DNA from: an uncultured Dehalococcoidia bacterium
GTDB taxonomy: Bacteria; Chloroflexota; Dehalococcoidia; SZUA-161
Direction of reading: 5' to 3'
Assembly: GCA_964574685.1 (NCBI GenBank)
Contig: CAZNOI010000005.1
Location: 69,875 to 133,874, forward strand
DNA length: 64,000 nt
Part shown: positions 48,528-58,345 of the stretch, piece after piece
How the letters are laid out: the number at the start of each line of letters is the position of its first letter
Numbering within the stretch: position 1 is the stretch's first letter
Position numbers and translations under genes: made by a program
The notes under the pieces: generated by a model
Told to the model about the DNA's origin: nothing
Seen by the model: the letters and a program-made list of their open reading frames with translations, nothing else
The model's database searches: none

Positions 48528-51242
48528 GTGACAGACGGCAGAGAGTGGTACCAGCTATCGATACACGACGTCTTCGAGACACTGCAGACAGGGGGGGCAG
48601 GTCTCTCAACGGCCCACGCCAAGGCTCGGCTGAGTGATTACGGGTACAACGAACTGGAGGTGCGCAAGCGAGGGCCGATTATCCGCTTCTTGTCGCAGTT
48701 CAACAACGGCCTGCTCTACGTGCTCATGGCTGCCGCTGTTCTTACCGCAGTGTTGGGCCATTTCATCGATATGTACGTGATCATCGGTGTAGTGCTCGCC
48801 ACGGTGATAATAGGCTTCATACAGGAGGGCAAGGCCGAGGCATCGCTGGAAGCGCTCAAGGGGATGCTGGTGCCCGAGTGCATAGCGATGAGGGATGGCG
48901 AAAAGCAGACTGTACCCACACGCGAGTTGGTGCCCGGTGACGTCGTGGTGTTGGAAGCGGGAGACAGGGTCCCAGCAGACCTGCGGTTGTTCTCGATAAG
49001 GCAGCTTTCGATCGACGAGGCGACGCTCACAGGCGAATCCAAACCTGTTGCGAAGGTAACCGAACCCTTGGACAGGCCCAATCTAACGCCCGGAGAGCAG
49101 CGGTGCATGGCATTCAGCGGAACCTTTGTTGCCAGAGGCCGTGCTGAGGGCGTGGTCGTGGAGACAGGGGCTCGGACTGAGATGGGAAGAATCGCGGGGA
49201 TGATGACTGAGACCAGGAGAGTTGTTCCCCCAATTGTCAAGAAGATTAGCCAGTTCACCAAGTTCATCATAATCGCGTGCGTTGGCTTTGGGTTCATAAC
49301 GCTGGGTATCGGCGTGGGCCTCGGCTACGACGTGGGATACATGCTGCTCGCCACGGCGGGAGTGATCGTTGCCCTAATCCCAGAGGGGCTGCCGGCGGCT
49401 ATCATAACCGCATTCGCCGTCGGAAGCATGGCTATGGCGCGCAGGAACGCGCTCATCCGGAGACTCCCTGCGGCGGAGACACTCGGAGCGACAACTGTCA
49501 TATGCTCCGATAAGACCGGCACTCTCACCAGGAACGAGATGACCGTGGTGAAAGTATACGCGGGAGGGCGCCTCTATGGAGTCACCGGGGTCGGCTACGA
49601 GCCGACCGGGGATTTCTTCCATGATGACGAGCTGCATAGTCCTGCGGAAGATGAGACCTTGATGAGGACACTTATGGCGGGTTTCCTGTGCAACAACTCC
49701 GAACTGGTCAAAGGAGAGAAAGGCTATGGTATGAAGGGGGACCCCACTGAGGGTGCGCTGATAGTCTCTGCCGCGAAGGCGGGGATCAAGACCGAGGTGC
49801 CTAGACTGGATGAAATACCCTTCGAATCCGAGAACCAGTACATGGCCACACTCCACAGATGTGAGGACAGGAACATTATCTACGTCAAGGGCTCGCCCGA
49901 GCGCGTGCTGAGCATGTGCTCCACCCAGCTCGGTGGTACGGACCCGATGCCGCTGGACCCTGAAGCCATCATGAACTACGTCCATGCGATGGCCGCCGAC
50001 GCACTTCGTGTCCTGGCGATGGCGTACAAAGACGTGCCCGTCAGTACGGTGTCTCTTGACCCTGCGGACATGGAGGGGCTGACGCTTCTGGGTATACAGG
50101 GCATGATCGACCCGCCAAGACAAGAGTCAATCGATGCAATCAGGAAAGCCAAGAAGGCGGGCATCAGGCCCATCATGATAACCGGTGACCACGCTGCCAC
50201 GGCACGAGCCGTAGCGAGGCAACTCGGTATTGGCGACGGCAGTAATGAGGTCCTTACTGGTGAGCAACTGTCAGCCATGAGCGACGATGGACTATACGAG
50301 GCGTTGGAGCGCGTGTCGGTCTATGCCCGGACAGCCCCGGAGCACAAGTACAGGATCACGCATCAATTACAGCGGCGAGGACACATCGTCGCGATGACCG
50401 GAGACGGCGTCAACGACGCACCTGCTTTGAAGGCGGCGGACATAGGGGTGGCCATGGGCATAACGGGCACTGAGGTGAGCAAGGAAGCGGCGGACATGGT
50501 GCTTACGGACGACAATTTCGCTTCGATCGTGGCGGCCGTCGAGGAGGGGAGACACGTCTTCAATAACATCTGGAAGGTCATTCTGTACCTGCTTCCCACG
50601 AACGGCGGCCAGGGCCTGGTAGTTGTGGCCGCGATTCTACTTTCACCGTTCATACATGTCTTCGCTGAACGGCTACCTATGGAGCCGGTGCAGATTCTCT
50701 GGGTGAATCTCGTAGTCGCCATAGGCTTCGGGATCCCGCTCATATGGGAACCGAAAGAAGAGGGGCTTCTCGATAGGCCGCCGCGCAGTCCCGATGAGAA
50801 GCTGCATAATGCCCTGTTCATCCGCCGAGTGGGCCTCGTCTCCTTAATCTCGGCAGCGGGTGCTGCCGGCATGTTCCTGATCTATGTGGAAAGAATGGGC
50901 GACACCGACCTGCTATTGTCACAGGCACAAACGGTAGCCTTCACTACCCTGATCTTCGTCCAACTCTTCTACCTCTTCACAGCGCGTGCGATCTTCAAGT
51001 CGGCCTTCACGTTTAGCCCGTTCGGGAACAGACTGCTGCTCGTTGGTGCAGGCGCGACGGTGGGCCTGCAGCTTCTGATAGTCTACTCCGAGTCCTTGTT
51101 TGGCGTGAGTCCACTGAGAACCGTGCCCTTCCCTGCTTTCTGGTGGGGCCCGATTGTGGGGGTCAGTTTCCTCGGGTTTCTGGCTGTCGAGCTTGAGAAG
51201 CTCGTAGAGAGGCGCACGGGCAAGGACAAGTTCGGAGAGTAG
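48528..51242 (+). CDS. P-type cation-transporting ATPase (P2A-like)
   Basis: TGES, PEGL, DKTGTLT, MITGDH and TGDGVNDAPALK; about 10 TM segments. Confidence 0.95.
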   Translation: MTDGREWYQLSIHDVFETLQTGGAGLSTAHAKARLSDYGYNELEVRKRGPIIRFLSQFNNGLLYVLMAAAVLTAVLGHFIDMYVIIGVVLATVIIGFIQEGKAEASLEALKGMLVPECIAMRDGEKQTVPTRELVPGDVVVLEAGDRVPADLRLFSIRQLSIDEATLTGESKPVAKVTEPLDRPNLTPGEQRCMAFSGTFVARGRAEGVVVETGARTEMGRIAGMMTETRRVVPPIVKKISQFTKFIIIACVGFGFITLGIGVGLGYDVGYMLLATAGVIVALIPEGLPAAIITAFAVGSMAMARRNALIRRLPAAETLGATTVICSDKTGTLTRNEMTVVKVYAGGRLYGVTGVGYEPTGDFFHDDELHSPAEDETLMRTLMAGFLCNNSELVKGEKGYGMKGDPTEGALIVSAAKAGIKTEVPRLDEIPFESENQYMATLHRCEDRNIIYVKGSPERVLSMCSTQLGGTDPMPLDPEAIMNYVHAMAADALRVLAMAYKDVPVSTVSLDPADMEGLTLLGIQGMIDPPRQESIDAIRKAKKAGIRPIMITGDHAATARAVARQLGIGDGSNEVLTGEQLSAMSDDGLYEALERVSVYARTAPEHKYRITHQLQRRGHIVAMTGDGVNDAPALKAADIGVAMGITGTEVSKEAADMVLTDDNFASIVAAVEEGRHVFNNIWKVILYLLPTNGGQGLVVVAAILLSPFIHVFAERLPMEPVQILWVNLVVAIGFGIPLIWEPKEEGLLDRPPRSPDEKLHNALFIRRVGLVSLISAAGAAGMFLIYVERMGDTDLLLSQAQTVAFTTLIFVQLFYLFTARAIFKSAFTFSPFGNRLLLVGAGATVGLQLLIVYSESLFGVSPLRTVPFPAFWWGPIVGVSFLGFLAVELEKLVERRTGKDKFGE

Positions 51243-51801
51243 TCCATCCAGAAAGTGATAGCGGCATCGGACTGCCTTTTTCTCACGTCAGGCGGATCCA
51301 ATCGCACTCATCTTGTGACTGCCAAAGGCTCTCTCATACATGTTCATAGTGTGGTGGCTACCCCCGATCCCCCTGGAAGACTCCGGTAGATATGATATCC
51401 CAGGAATCGGGCAACGGTCTCCTCATCGGCAACACTTCCTATTGGGCGCAACACGTTGCCTATCGCCGGGGCACGCGACTGCACCATGGGCATTGGCTCC
51501 TTTCTGGGTTCTTCGCCTTTCTGAAGGGATCCGAACCCTCTCGCGTATCCCTGACGCTAGTCCGTAGGGTGCATGCAATGAAGGAAATGCACCAGCACCC
51601 AACGCCTGACGGCAGGCAGCCGCGAATGACTGAGGTTCGTATAAGGGACTGTAGGGGTTCATAGCCATGCGCCCTTACTCCCATTGACTACCCCACCGCC
51701 GCTCGCGCCTCCCTCCGAAATGCACCACCAGCGGCTCAGAACGGCTCGGAAGGGGCGCGAAGCGGGTGTGTCGCAGAGCCTGGCGTTCTGGTCGGCTCTG
51801 G

Positions 51802-52977
51802 CTAGTCTCGCGGAAGCCCGAGGCCTCTGGTGGCGATAATGGCCCTCTGGATCTCCGACGTACCTCCGGCGATCTTGTAATGCGGGGACTCCTGGTACAT
51901 GTGCGCGAACCAGCCGTGGACCTTGGCGTACTTCGAGTCGGACTCGAGCTCGCCGTAGGGTCCCAGAACCTGGATGCCTGTGTGGGCCAGGTCGTAGACT
52001 ACCTCGGTGCTGATCAGCTTGCCCATGGCGATCTCCTTGAGGGCGAACATCTTGAGCTCCTGCATCCAGGCAACCCGCCGCGACAGCACGCCCGTCACGG
52101 CGAACCTCATCTCGATCTCGGCCAGCTTTCGTCGCACGCCGGGGTCTTCGGAGAGGGGCTTCCCGCAAAGCTCCGTAGACTTGACGTACTCGATCAGTTC
52201 CTCCAGGGGGCGATGGAAACCGCTGATCGTGAAGGCTCTCTCGAACAGCAGCGCTGCTCCTATAATGTAGAAGCCCTGGTTCAGGTCGCCGACCAGGTTC
52301 TCCTTAGGGACTCTAACGTCGTCATAGAAGACCTCGTTCGAATGGTAGCCCGCCATGTCGCGTATGGGGCGTACGGTAATGCCGGGGGTATTCTTCAGGT
52401 CCACTATGAGCAGCGATATTCCCTTGTGTTTCTTAGGATTATCGGGATCTGTCCTTACCGCCAGCCATCCATAGTCCGCGAAATCGGCCTTGGTACTGAA
52501 CATCTTCTGTCCGTTGACGAGATAGTGGTCGCCCTTGTCCTCCGCCCGCAGGCTGATGGAAGCAAGGTCCGACCCGGCTCCAGGCTCCGTGTAGCCCATG
52601 GAGAACTCGACCTGGCCGCTCGATATCAGAGGCAGATACTTGCGCCTTTGCTCCTCGTTTCCATAAGCCAGTAGCGTGGGCCCGACTACCATGGCCCCGA
52701 TCACCGCGAAGGGGGCTGGTGCGAAGGCGTACGCGAGCTCCTCCTGGATAACGTAGTTGGTCAGGGCTGAGGCCTCCATGCCGCCCCACTCCTCGGGCCA
52801 GGTCGGGCACAGCCAACGCCGCTCGCCTAGCTTGCGCAACAGCCGCCACGTTGCGGCGCTGTACGGCTGGTCGAACATGAAGTCCGTGCGGCACTCTTCG
52901 TCGACTTCTTCACGCAGGAAAGCGCGAATCTCCTGCCGCAGCCGCTCCTGTTCGGGGGTGAAATGGAAATCCAACAT
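51802..52977 (-). CDS. acyl-CoA dehydrogenase
   Basis: GYTEPGAGSDLAS, VNGQKMF, NEVFYDDVRVP, LLFER and IAGGTSEIQR motifs. Confidence 0.95.
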   Translation of the reverse strand: MLDFHFTPEQERLRQEIRAFLREEVDEECRTDFMFDQPYSAATWRLLRKLGERRWLCPTWPEEWGGMEASALTNYVIQEELAYAFAPAPFAVIGAMVVGPTLLAYGNEEQRRKYLPLISSGQVEFSMGYTEPGAGSDLASISLRAEDKGDHYLVNGQKMFSTKADFADYGWLAVRTDPDNPKKHKGISLLIVDLKNTPGITVRPIRDMAGYHSNEVFYDDVRVPKENLVGDLNQGFYIIGAALLFERAFTISGFHRPLEELIEYVKSTELCGKPLSEDPGVRRKLAEIEMRFAVTGVLSRRVAWMQELKMFALKEIAMGKLISTEVVYDLAHTGIQVLGPYGELESDSKYAKVHGWFAHMYQESPHYKIAGGTSEIQRAIIATRGLGLPRD

Positions 52978-53029
52978 GCCTCCTTTGGCAGCAGTCTTGT
53001 CTGATTGGGTACGAACCGCGCCTGCCTGG

Positions 53030-54286
53030 CTAGGCCAGCACTCCCTCGCTCTTGAGGCTGTCTATCTGGTCTTGCGGCATGCCCAGCAGCTTGCCGTAGA
53101 CATAGTCGTTGTCCTGGCCGATCCTGGGCATGGGTTCGAAGCGACAGGGGGTCTCCGAGAAATGGATGGGCTCGGTGATACACATCACAGGCTTGCCCTC
53201 GGGCCACTCCGACCCGGACTTGCCGAACTCCGGCACGATGTACCGTGTCTCCTTGTAGTAGCCTCGGCGGTTCAGGTGCTCGCTCTGTGACAGGTCCTGC
53301 CCCTGCGCGACAATGCCGGCTGGTACCCCTACCGCCTGCATCATCTCCATGACTTCGACCGCATCCTGATCAGCAGTCCACTCGGTCACCAGCCGATCGA
53401 GTTCGACTACGTTGTCGAGCCTATCTGCGAGAGTAACGAACCGGGGCTCCGCTGTCCAGGCGGGATTGCCGATGACCTTGCGGAAGGACTGCCACTCCTC
53501 TTCCGTGAACACCGCGATAAGACACCATCTATCGTAGCCTCTGCAGGGGTACGCGCCATGAGGCGCGGCATAAGGGTCCCTGTTCTCCATTCGGGCGGGC
53601 AGGACGCCGTTGGCCTGGTAGTCAAGCAGTGCGGGGCCCGCTGTGACCACGCCGGTGTCGTTCAGTGAGCACTCGATGAGCGTGCCCTTGCCGGTTCTGC
53701 GGCGCCTGTCGAGGGCGGCAACGACGCTCAACGCGCTGAACATGGCCGCGTGGAGGTCGGAGTAGGGCGGATCGGTGGAAGCCGGCGCCTCCGTCGAACC
53801 CGTCATCAGCGAAACGCCGGAGCTGTACTGCGTGAGCATACCGTAGGCCTTGTATGAGCTGTACGGCCCGCTCGCCCCAAAAGCGTTCTGCCAGAGCATA
53901 ATGATGTTGTCTTTCACCTCACGAAGACGATCGTAGCCGAGGCCCCAGCGCTCAAGGGTCGGCATGGTGAAGTTGGTGGCGAAGATGTCGCTGATACCGA
54001 TCAACTCTCTCATGATCTCCTGAGCTTTGGGCTCGCGCACATTCAAACTCGCGCTCCGCTTGTTCACCAGGCGGTTGCGTATGATCAGGCCCGAGCCCCA
54101 CGGGGGAGGAAGCCAACCCTCGTCGATCGCGGTATCGCTCTGCACAGTGATGACTTCTGCGCCGAGCGAGGCAAGCACCCTGGTGGTGGTCGGGACGGCT
54201 GCATAGAAGGCGAGTTCGATGACCCGCAGCCCCTCGAATATGCTCCCTTTGCCTCCCGCCTGCGTAGTATCTCCAACGATACTCAT
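53030..54286 (-). CDS. family III (CaiB/BaiF) CoA-transferase, catalytic-type subunit (BbsF-like)
   Basis: LRVIEL, LGAEVI, NKRS, FGASGPY, PYSD (catalytic Asp position) and PHGAYPC motifs. Confidence 0.9.
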   Translation of the reverse strand: MSIVGDTTQAGGKGSIFEGLRVIELAFYAAVPTTTRVLASLGAEVITVQSDTAIDEGWLPPPWGSGLIIRNRLVNKRSASLNVREPKAQEIMRELIGISDIFATNFTMPTLERWGLGYDRLREVKDNIIMLWQNAFGASGPYSSYKAYGMLTQYSSGVSLMTGSTEAPASTDPPYSDLHAAMFSALSVVAALDRRRRTGKGTLIECSLNDTGVVTAGPALLDYQANGVLPARMENRDPYAAPHGAYPCRGYDRWCLIAVFTEEEWQSFRKVIGNPAWTAEPRFVTLADRLDNVVELDRLVTEWTADQDAVEVMEMMQAVGVPAGIVAQGQDLSQSEHLNRRGYYKETRYIVPEFGKSGSEWPEGKPVMCITEPIHFSETPCRFEPMPRIGQDNDYVYGKLLGMPQDQIDSLKSEGVLA

Positions 54287-54296
54287 GTGTCCCTCG

Positions 54297-55532
54297 CTAC
54301 ACAACACCAGCGGCTTTCAACGCTATCAGTTGGTTCGTGGCGTAGCCCAACTCGCCGCAGTATACCCGCTCATTGTCCTGGCCCAGGAGGGGTGCGGCCT
54401 TGCGCGGCGGTGGGATGTCGTCGCAGTAAACTCCGTCTCGCGGATACTTCATCGGACCCACCACCGGATGATCGAGCTCCACCCAGAAGCCACGGCTGGC
54501 CAGTTGCTTGTCGTCTATGAGGTCGGCTACGCTGTTCACCGGCAGCACGGGAATCCCGCGTCTCTGGCCCTCCAGGAAGATCTCCTGGGCAGTGAAGTTG
54601 CCGGTGAAGTCCAGAAACCTCGCCTCCAGCTCGTCCATGTAGTCGTAACGCGCCAGAACGCCTCCCTTGTACTTGTCATCGAGGATCTCCTCGTCTCCTG
54701 TCACCTCATACATCCATTGGGCCAGCGCATCCCATTCCTTGGCTCGTACGACGTACATGCCGATCCAGCCGTCCTTGCATGAGTAGAGACCGCCTGGGAA
54801 GTTATACCTGCTCGTCGGCCCCTGCCTGATGATGTTCTCGCCGATCATGGCCCAGCCGGCCTCCTGCGTCGCCTCAGAGCAGTAGACGTTGAGGGTCTCC
54901 TGCATGGACACATCGATGTACTGGCCGCGTCCGGTCACAGCGTCGCGATAATACAGTGCCGCCACGGTCGCCACCGCTGCGTACTGTGATGGGGCGAAGT
55001 GCGACTGCTCGTCCCCAAACCGCAAGGGCAGGCCGTAGGGATCTCCCGTCACCTGCATGAAACCGCTCATCCCCATGACTATGAGGTCGGAGGACTTGTA
55101 GTCTCTTAGAGGGCCCGTCTGCCCGAACGGCGTGATGGAGGTCATTACGAGCTTGGGGTTAAGTTCTCTCAGCGCGGGGTAGTCAAGCCCGATGGCGGAG
55201 AGATGACGGACCGGGAAGGTCTCGATCACTGCGTCGGCTGTAGACGCCAGTCTCTTGAAGATGGCCCGGCCGTCGGGGTGTTCCAGGTCGAGCGTAACGG
55301 AGCCCTTGCTCGTGTTGTAGTAGAGGAAGTACAGGCTCTTCTCGGGGTGGGCGTCGTTCTGGAAGAACGGTGGACGAGACCTCGACTTGTCTCCACCAGG
55401 GGGTTCGACCTTGAGGACGTCCGCGCCGAGGTCGGCGAGCAGCTTGCCGCAGTAGACGCCCTTCTCGTCGGCCAGGTCCAGAACCCTGTAAGGTGGCAGG
55501 AACCCAGCCTCGCCATGTGGTGCCTTCGGCAT
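54297..55532 (-). CDS. family III CoA-transferase, BbsE-like subunit
   Basis: RVLDLADEKGVYCGKLLADLGADVLKVEPPGGD, SITPFGQTGP and APLLGQDN motifs. Confidence 0.9.
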   Translation of the reverse strand: MPKAPHGEAGFLPPYRVLDLADEKGVYCGKLLADLGADVLKVEPPGGDKSRSRPPFFQNDAHPEKSLYFLYYNTSKGSVTLDLEHPDGRAIFKRLASTADAVIETFPVRHLSAIGLDYPALRELNPKLVMTSITPFGQTGPLRDYKSSDLIVMGMSGFMQVTGDPYGLPLRFGDEQSHFAPSQYAAVATVAALYYRDAVTGRGQYIDVSMQETLNVYCSEATQEAGWAMIGENIIRQGPTSRYNFPGGLYSCKDGWIGMYVVRAKEWDALAQWMYEVTGDEEILDDKYKGGVLARYDYMDELEARFLDFTGNFTAQEIFLEGQRRGIPVLPVNSVADLIDDKQLASRGFWVELDHPVVGPMKYPRDGVYCDDIPPPRKAAPLLGQDNERVYCGELGYATNQLIALKAAGVV

Positions 55533-55562
55533 CCTGTGTGTACCTGTATCCCGACCCCTGGG

Positions 55563-58019
55563 CTATCGCTTCGAGAGCTTGTGTCTTGTCCTGGATATGA
55601 TCTGGTTCTGGACTTCCTCGTGCATATCGACGAAATAGGCGCTGAAGCCTGCAACTCTCACTATCAGGTCCTGATGATGAGCCGGGCGCTTCTGCGCGTC
55701 CCTCAGAACCTCATTGTCTATCACGTTGAACTGGATGTGGTGTATGCCAAGATCGACGAACGTCCTGAGATAGGCAACGAAGCGTGACCGGTTGTCTCCC
55801 TCCAGGAACTCAGGTGCAATCCTCTGATTGAACAGGTGGTTGAATGTGAGCATGGGGTCTATCTTGGCCACGGACCTCAGGACTGCGGTCGGCCCGTTCT
55901 TGTCGGTGCCGATCTCCGGCGATACGGTGCCGTCGTTGAACGTCTCGCGGTCCTTCCTGCCGTCAGGTGTGGCCCCTGTGAGGCCGGCGAAGTGGAAGTA
56001 GCTGGCCGATCCGCTGCCATCGCAGGTGACGTTATGGCCGTATATGGTCTTGAAATCCTGCATTGTCTGAGCGGTCCTGATGTGGACATCACGTGCGAAC
56101 AGATCAACGTCGTCATCGTCATTGCCGAACCTTGGTGCATCGAGGAACATCTGACGTAGCTGCTCGTGACCCTCCCAGTTGTCCTTCAGGGCCCGGAGGA
56201 GCTCGTCCATGGTCACGGTCTTTTCGTCGAATATGAGCTTCTTCATCGCAAAGAGGGCGTTGACCACCGTCGTGTGACCGACGGGCTGGATGTTGGTCTT
56301 GTGCCAGTAGTGGAGGTCTCTGACGTCGGCCGCGTGCTCGATGCACCCGTCGAGGAGGGCGGAGTTGAATGGTTGGGGCAACCACTGCTCCTCAATAGCA
56401 TCCGTCAGGTTCGCAAAGATGACAATCTTCTCAGTGAAGAACCTGAGTTGCTCCAGGTATGCCTGGATAACATCCTCAATCGATGTGAACGCAAGCGGGT
56501 CCGGGGTCCTGACGCCGGTCTGTTTGCCACTGAAGAACTTGTCATCAACTCCCCGGGTAAGCGCCAGCTCCAGGCATTTCAGCACCACAAACCCTATTCC
56601 GGCGATGGCACGGTGTCCCATAGGTTTGCCCACCACCGTATGCCTCATGCAGTCCTCGACGGCCCAATTCCTCGCGTCCTCAACCGAGAAACCCTTGCTC
56701 ATGAGGTACGGGACCATGAACTCGTCGTTGAAGATGCCGTAGTGCCCTGCGTCCTCCCTCAGGATGTCCGTAAGGCGATAGAGAAACTCGTCCGGGGTGT
56801 TGCGATGCAGTCTGACCACCATCATGGGCTCAACCAGCTTGAGCGACTTGACGCTCTCCATGATGATGGAAGACAATTCGTTGCTCGCGTCCCGCCCCAG
56901 GCTGTCCTGGCCTCCGATCGTCACGTAGCGCGGTGTGGTGTGGCCGCCGCTCGCCATGATGGGGGCGTTGAAGTCAGTAAGCTCGGTGATCTTGAGCCAG
57001 ATGTGCTCGATCAGGTCCTGCGCTTCCTCAGGTGTGATCCGACCCTCTTCCTTGTCCTTCCTGTAGGCGGGGTACCAGATGTAGTCGACCCTGTCGCCGA
57101 TGCCAACGGTTTGTATGTCAATGACCCGCACCAGGAGCATCACGAGGAACCAGGCCTGCAGCGTTTCGCGGAATGTCCGAGGCGGATTCGCTGGCGCCCA
57201 GTCGCAGGCTTGGGCAATCTCCTCCAGGTCGGCTCGTCTCTTGGGGTCACTCTCGTCGGCAGCCATGGCCCTGGCCAGTGCGGCGTACCTTCTCGCCCAC
57301 CTGATGACCGCTTCTACACTGATGATAGCGGCCTCCAGGAATGCCTTCTTCTTCAAGAACTCGGTCGGGTTGTCGCGGATGTATTCCCTGTCGGAAGTGA
57401 TCTCGCGCAGCTTCGCGCGAGTCTCATCAAGTATGCCGTTCAACCCCACCTTGAACATCTTCTCGTAGTTCGGCATCTGCCCGGAGTGGGCCCCGTGTAC
57501 CCATACGAAGACCCCGTGATTCATGAAGGACCAGTACGGTTTGTCCTCCTCGGCGAGGTGGAAACGCTCTGCGCCGTGTATGGACTTGTTCATCCAGTAC
57601 CGGTTGATCTCGTGCATCTCCTCCCGCTCTTCGTCGCTCAGCATATTCTTGTACCCCGCCTCGATGGCCTTGTCCACCCAGCGGCAGTAGAGCTCGGGGT
57701 AGCTGATCGTGTGATCGGGAGTCCTTGCCGTGTTGCCCACAAATCGGTCGTGCTCGGTGATGTAGATCGTCATGTTGTCTAGGTAGTTGGCCATAGCCCT
57801 GGCCCTCTTGATAACCATCGGCTCGCCGTCGTTCTCTATGTAGGCCTGGGTCACGTAGCGGGCTCGCTCGATGTCCAGCTTCAACGTATGTCGAATATGG
57901 CTCTTCTTGCCGAGCTTCTCCTCTTCGTCAACCCGGTAGTCACGCTGGCCCATCATCGTCCTGTATCGGAACTCGTCCGCCAGCATCTGTGTTCTCGTCT
58001 TCCTCGCTTCGACTACCAT
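55563..58019 (-). CDS. glycyl radical enzyme, fumarate-adding-enzyme-like catalytic subunit
   Basis: C-terminal HIQFNV...LIVRVAGFSAYF glycyl loop; GATPDGR; Cys loop EDCMRH; N-terminal YPEL. Confidence 0.9.
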   Translation of the reverse strand: MVVEARKTRTQMLADEFRYRTMMGQRDYRVDEEEKLGKKSHIRHTLKLDIERARYVTQAYIENDGEPMVIKRARAMANYLDNMTIYITEHDRFVGNTARTPDHTISYPELYCRWVDKAIEAGYKNMLSDEEREEMHEINRYWMNKSIHGAERFHLAEEDKPYWSFMNHGVFVWVHGAHSGQMPNYEKMFKVGLNGILDETRAKLREITSDREYIRDNPTEFLKKKAFLEAAIISVEAVIRWARRYAALARAMAADESDPKRRADLEEIAQACDWAPANPPRTFRETLQAWFLVMLLVRVIDIQTVGIGDRVDYIWYPAYRKDKEEGRITPEEAQDLIEHIWLKITELTDFNAPIMASGGHTTPRYVTIGGQDSLGRDASNELSSIIMESVKSLKLVEPMMVVRLHRNTPDEFLYRLTDILREDAGHYGIFNDEFMVPYLMSKGFSVEDARNWAVEDCMRHTVVGKPMGHRAIAGIGFVVLKCLELALTRGVDDKFFSGKQTGVRTPDPLAFTSIEDVIQAYLEQLRFFTEKIVIFANLTDAIEEQWLPQPFNSALLDGCIEHAADVRDLHYWHKTNIQPVGHTTVVNALFAMKKLIFDEKTVTMDELLRALKDNWEGHEQLRQMFLDAPRFGNDDDDVDLFARDVHIRTAQTMQDFKTIYGHNVTCDGSGSASYFHFAGLTGATPDGRKDRETFNDGTVSPEIGTDKNGPTAVLRSVAKIDPMLTFNHLFNQRIAPEFLEGDNRSRFVAYLRTFVDLGIHHIQFNVIDNEVLRDAQKRPAHHQDLIVRVAGFSAYFVDMHEEVQNQIISRTRHKLSKR

Positions 58020-58133
58020 CTTTCTACCTCCCGCGATGCCTGGAAAACATCAAGCCTTCGATTCTTCGCTTGCTTTCTCTTCTCCAGGATGAGACGAGGC
58101 ATTCGCTCATACCCAAGGCCACCAACTGACACC

Positions 58134-58162
58134 ATTCTAGTGTTCAATTCCGCATGGGGCAA
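58134..58162 (-). promoter_or_regulatory. sigma70-like promoter of the glycyl radical operon
   Basis: TTGCCC-N17-TAGAAT on the minus strand. Confidence 0.55.
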
Positions 58163-58345
58163 ATGTCTGCGGCAATGCCTGATTGGGAGTGGAAACAAGC
58201 TGCGACCTGGGTGTGTACTCACATTTGGCCATGATTCCAAAGTCGCCAGAACCCTACGCGTTCCTGTGGCCGGTCTACTTGGCCAGGCCCCGGGTGGACG
58301 CGGCACGGGCCGGTCAATATGGTAGTCGCTCACCGGTAGTTGGAA

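Noticed and set aside
56166-57782. 538-aa plus-strand ORF
   Set aside because: Antisense shadow of the glycyl radical gene.
55563-58019. Annotation as pyruvate formate-lyase
   Set aside because: Lacks the PFL Cys-Cys pair, and the gene context points to a different reaction.
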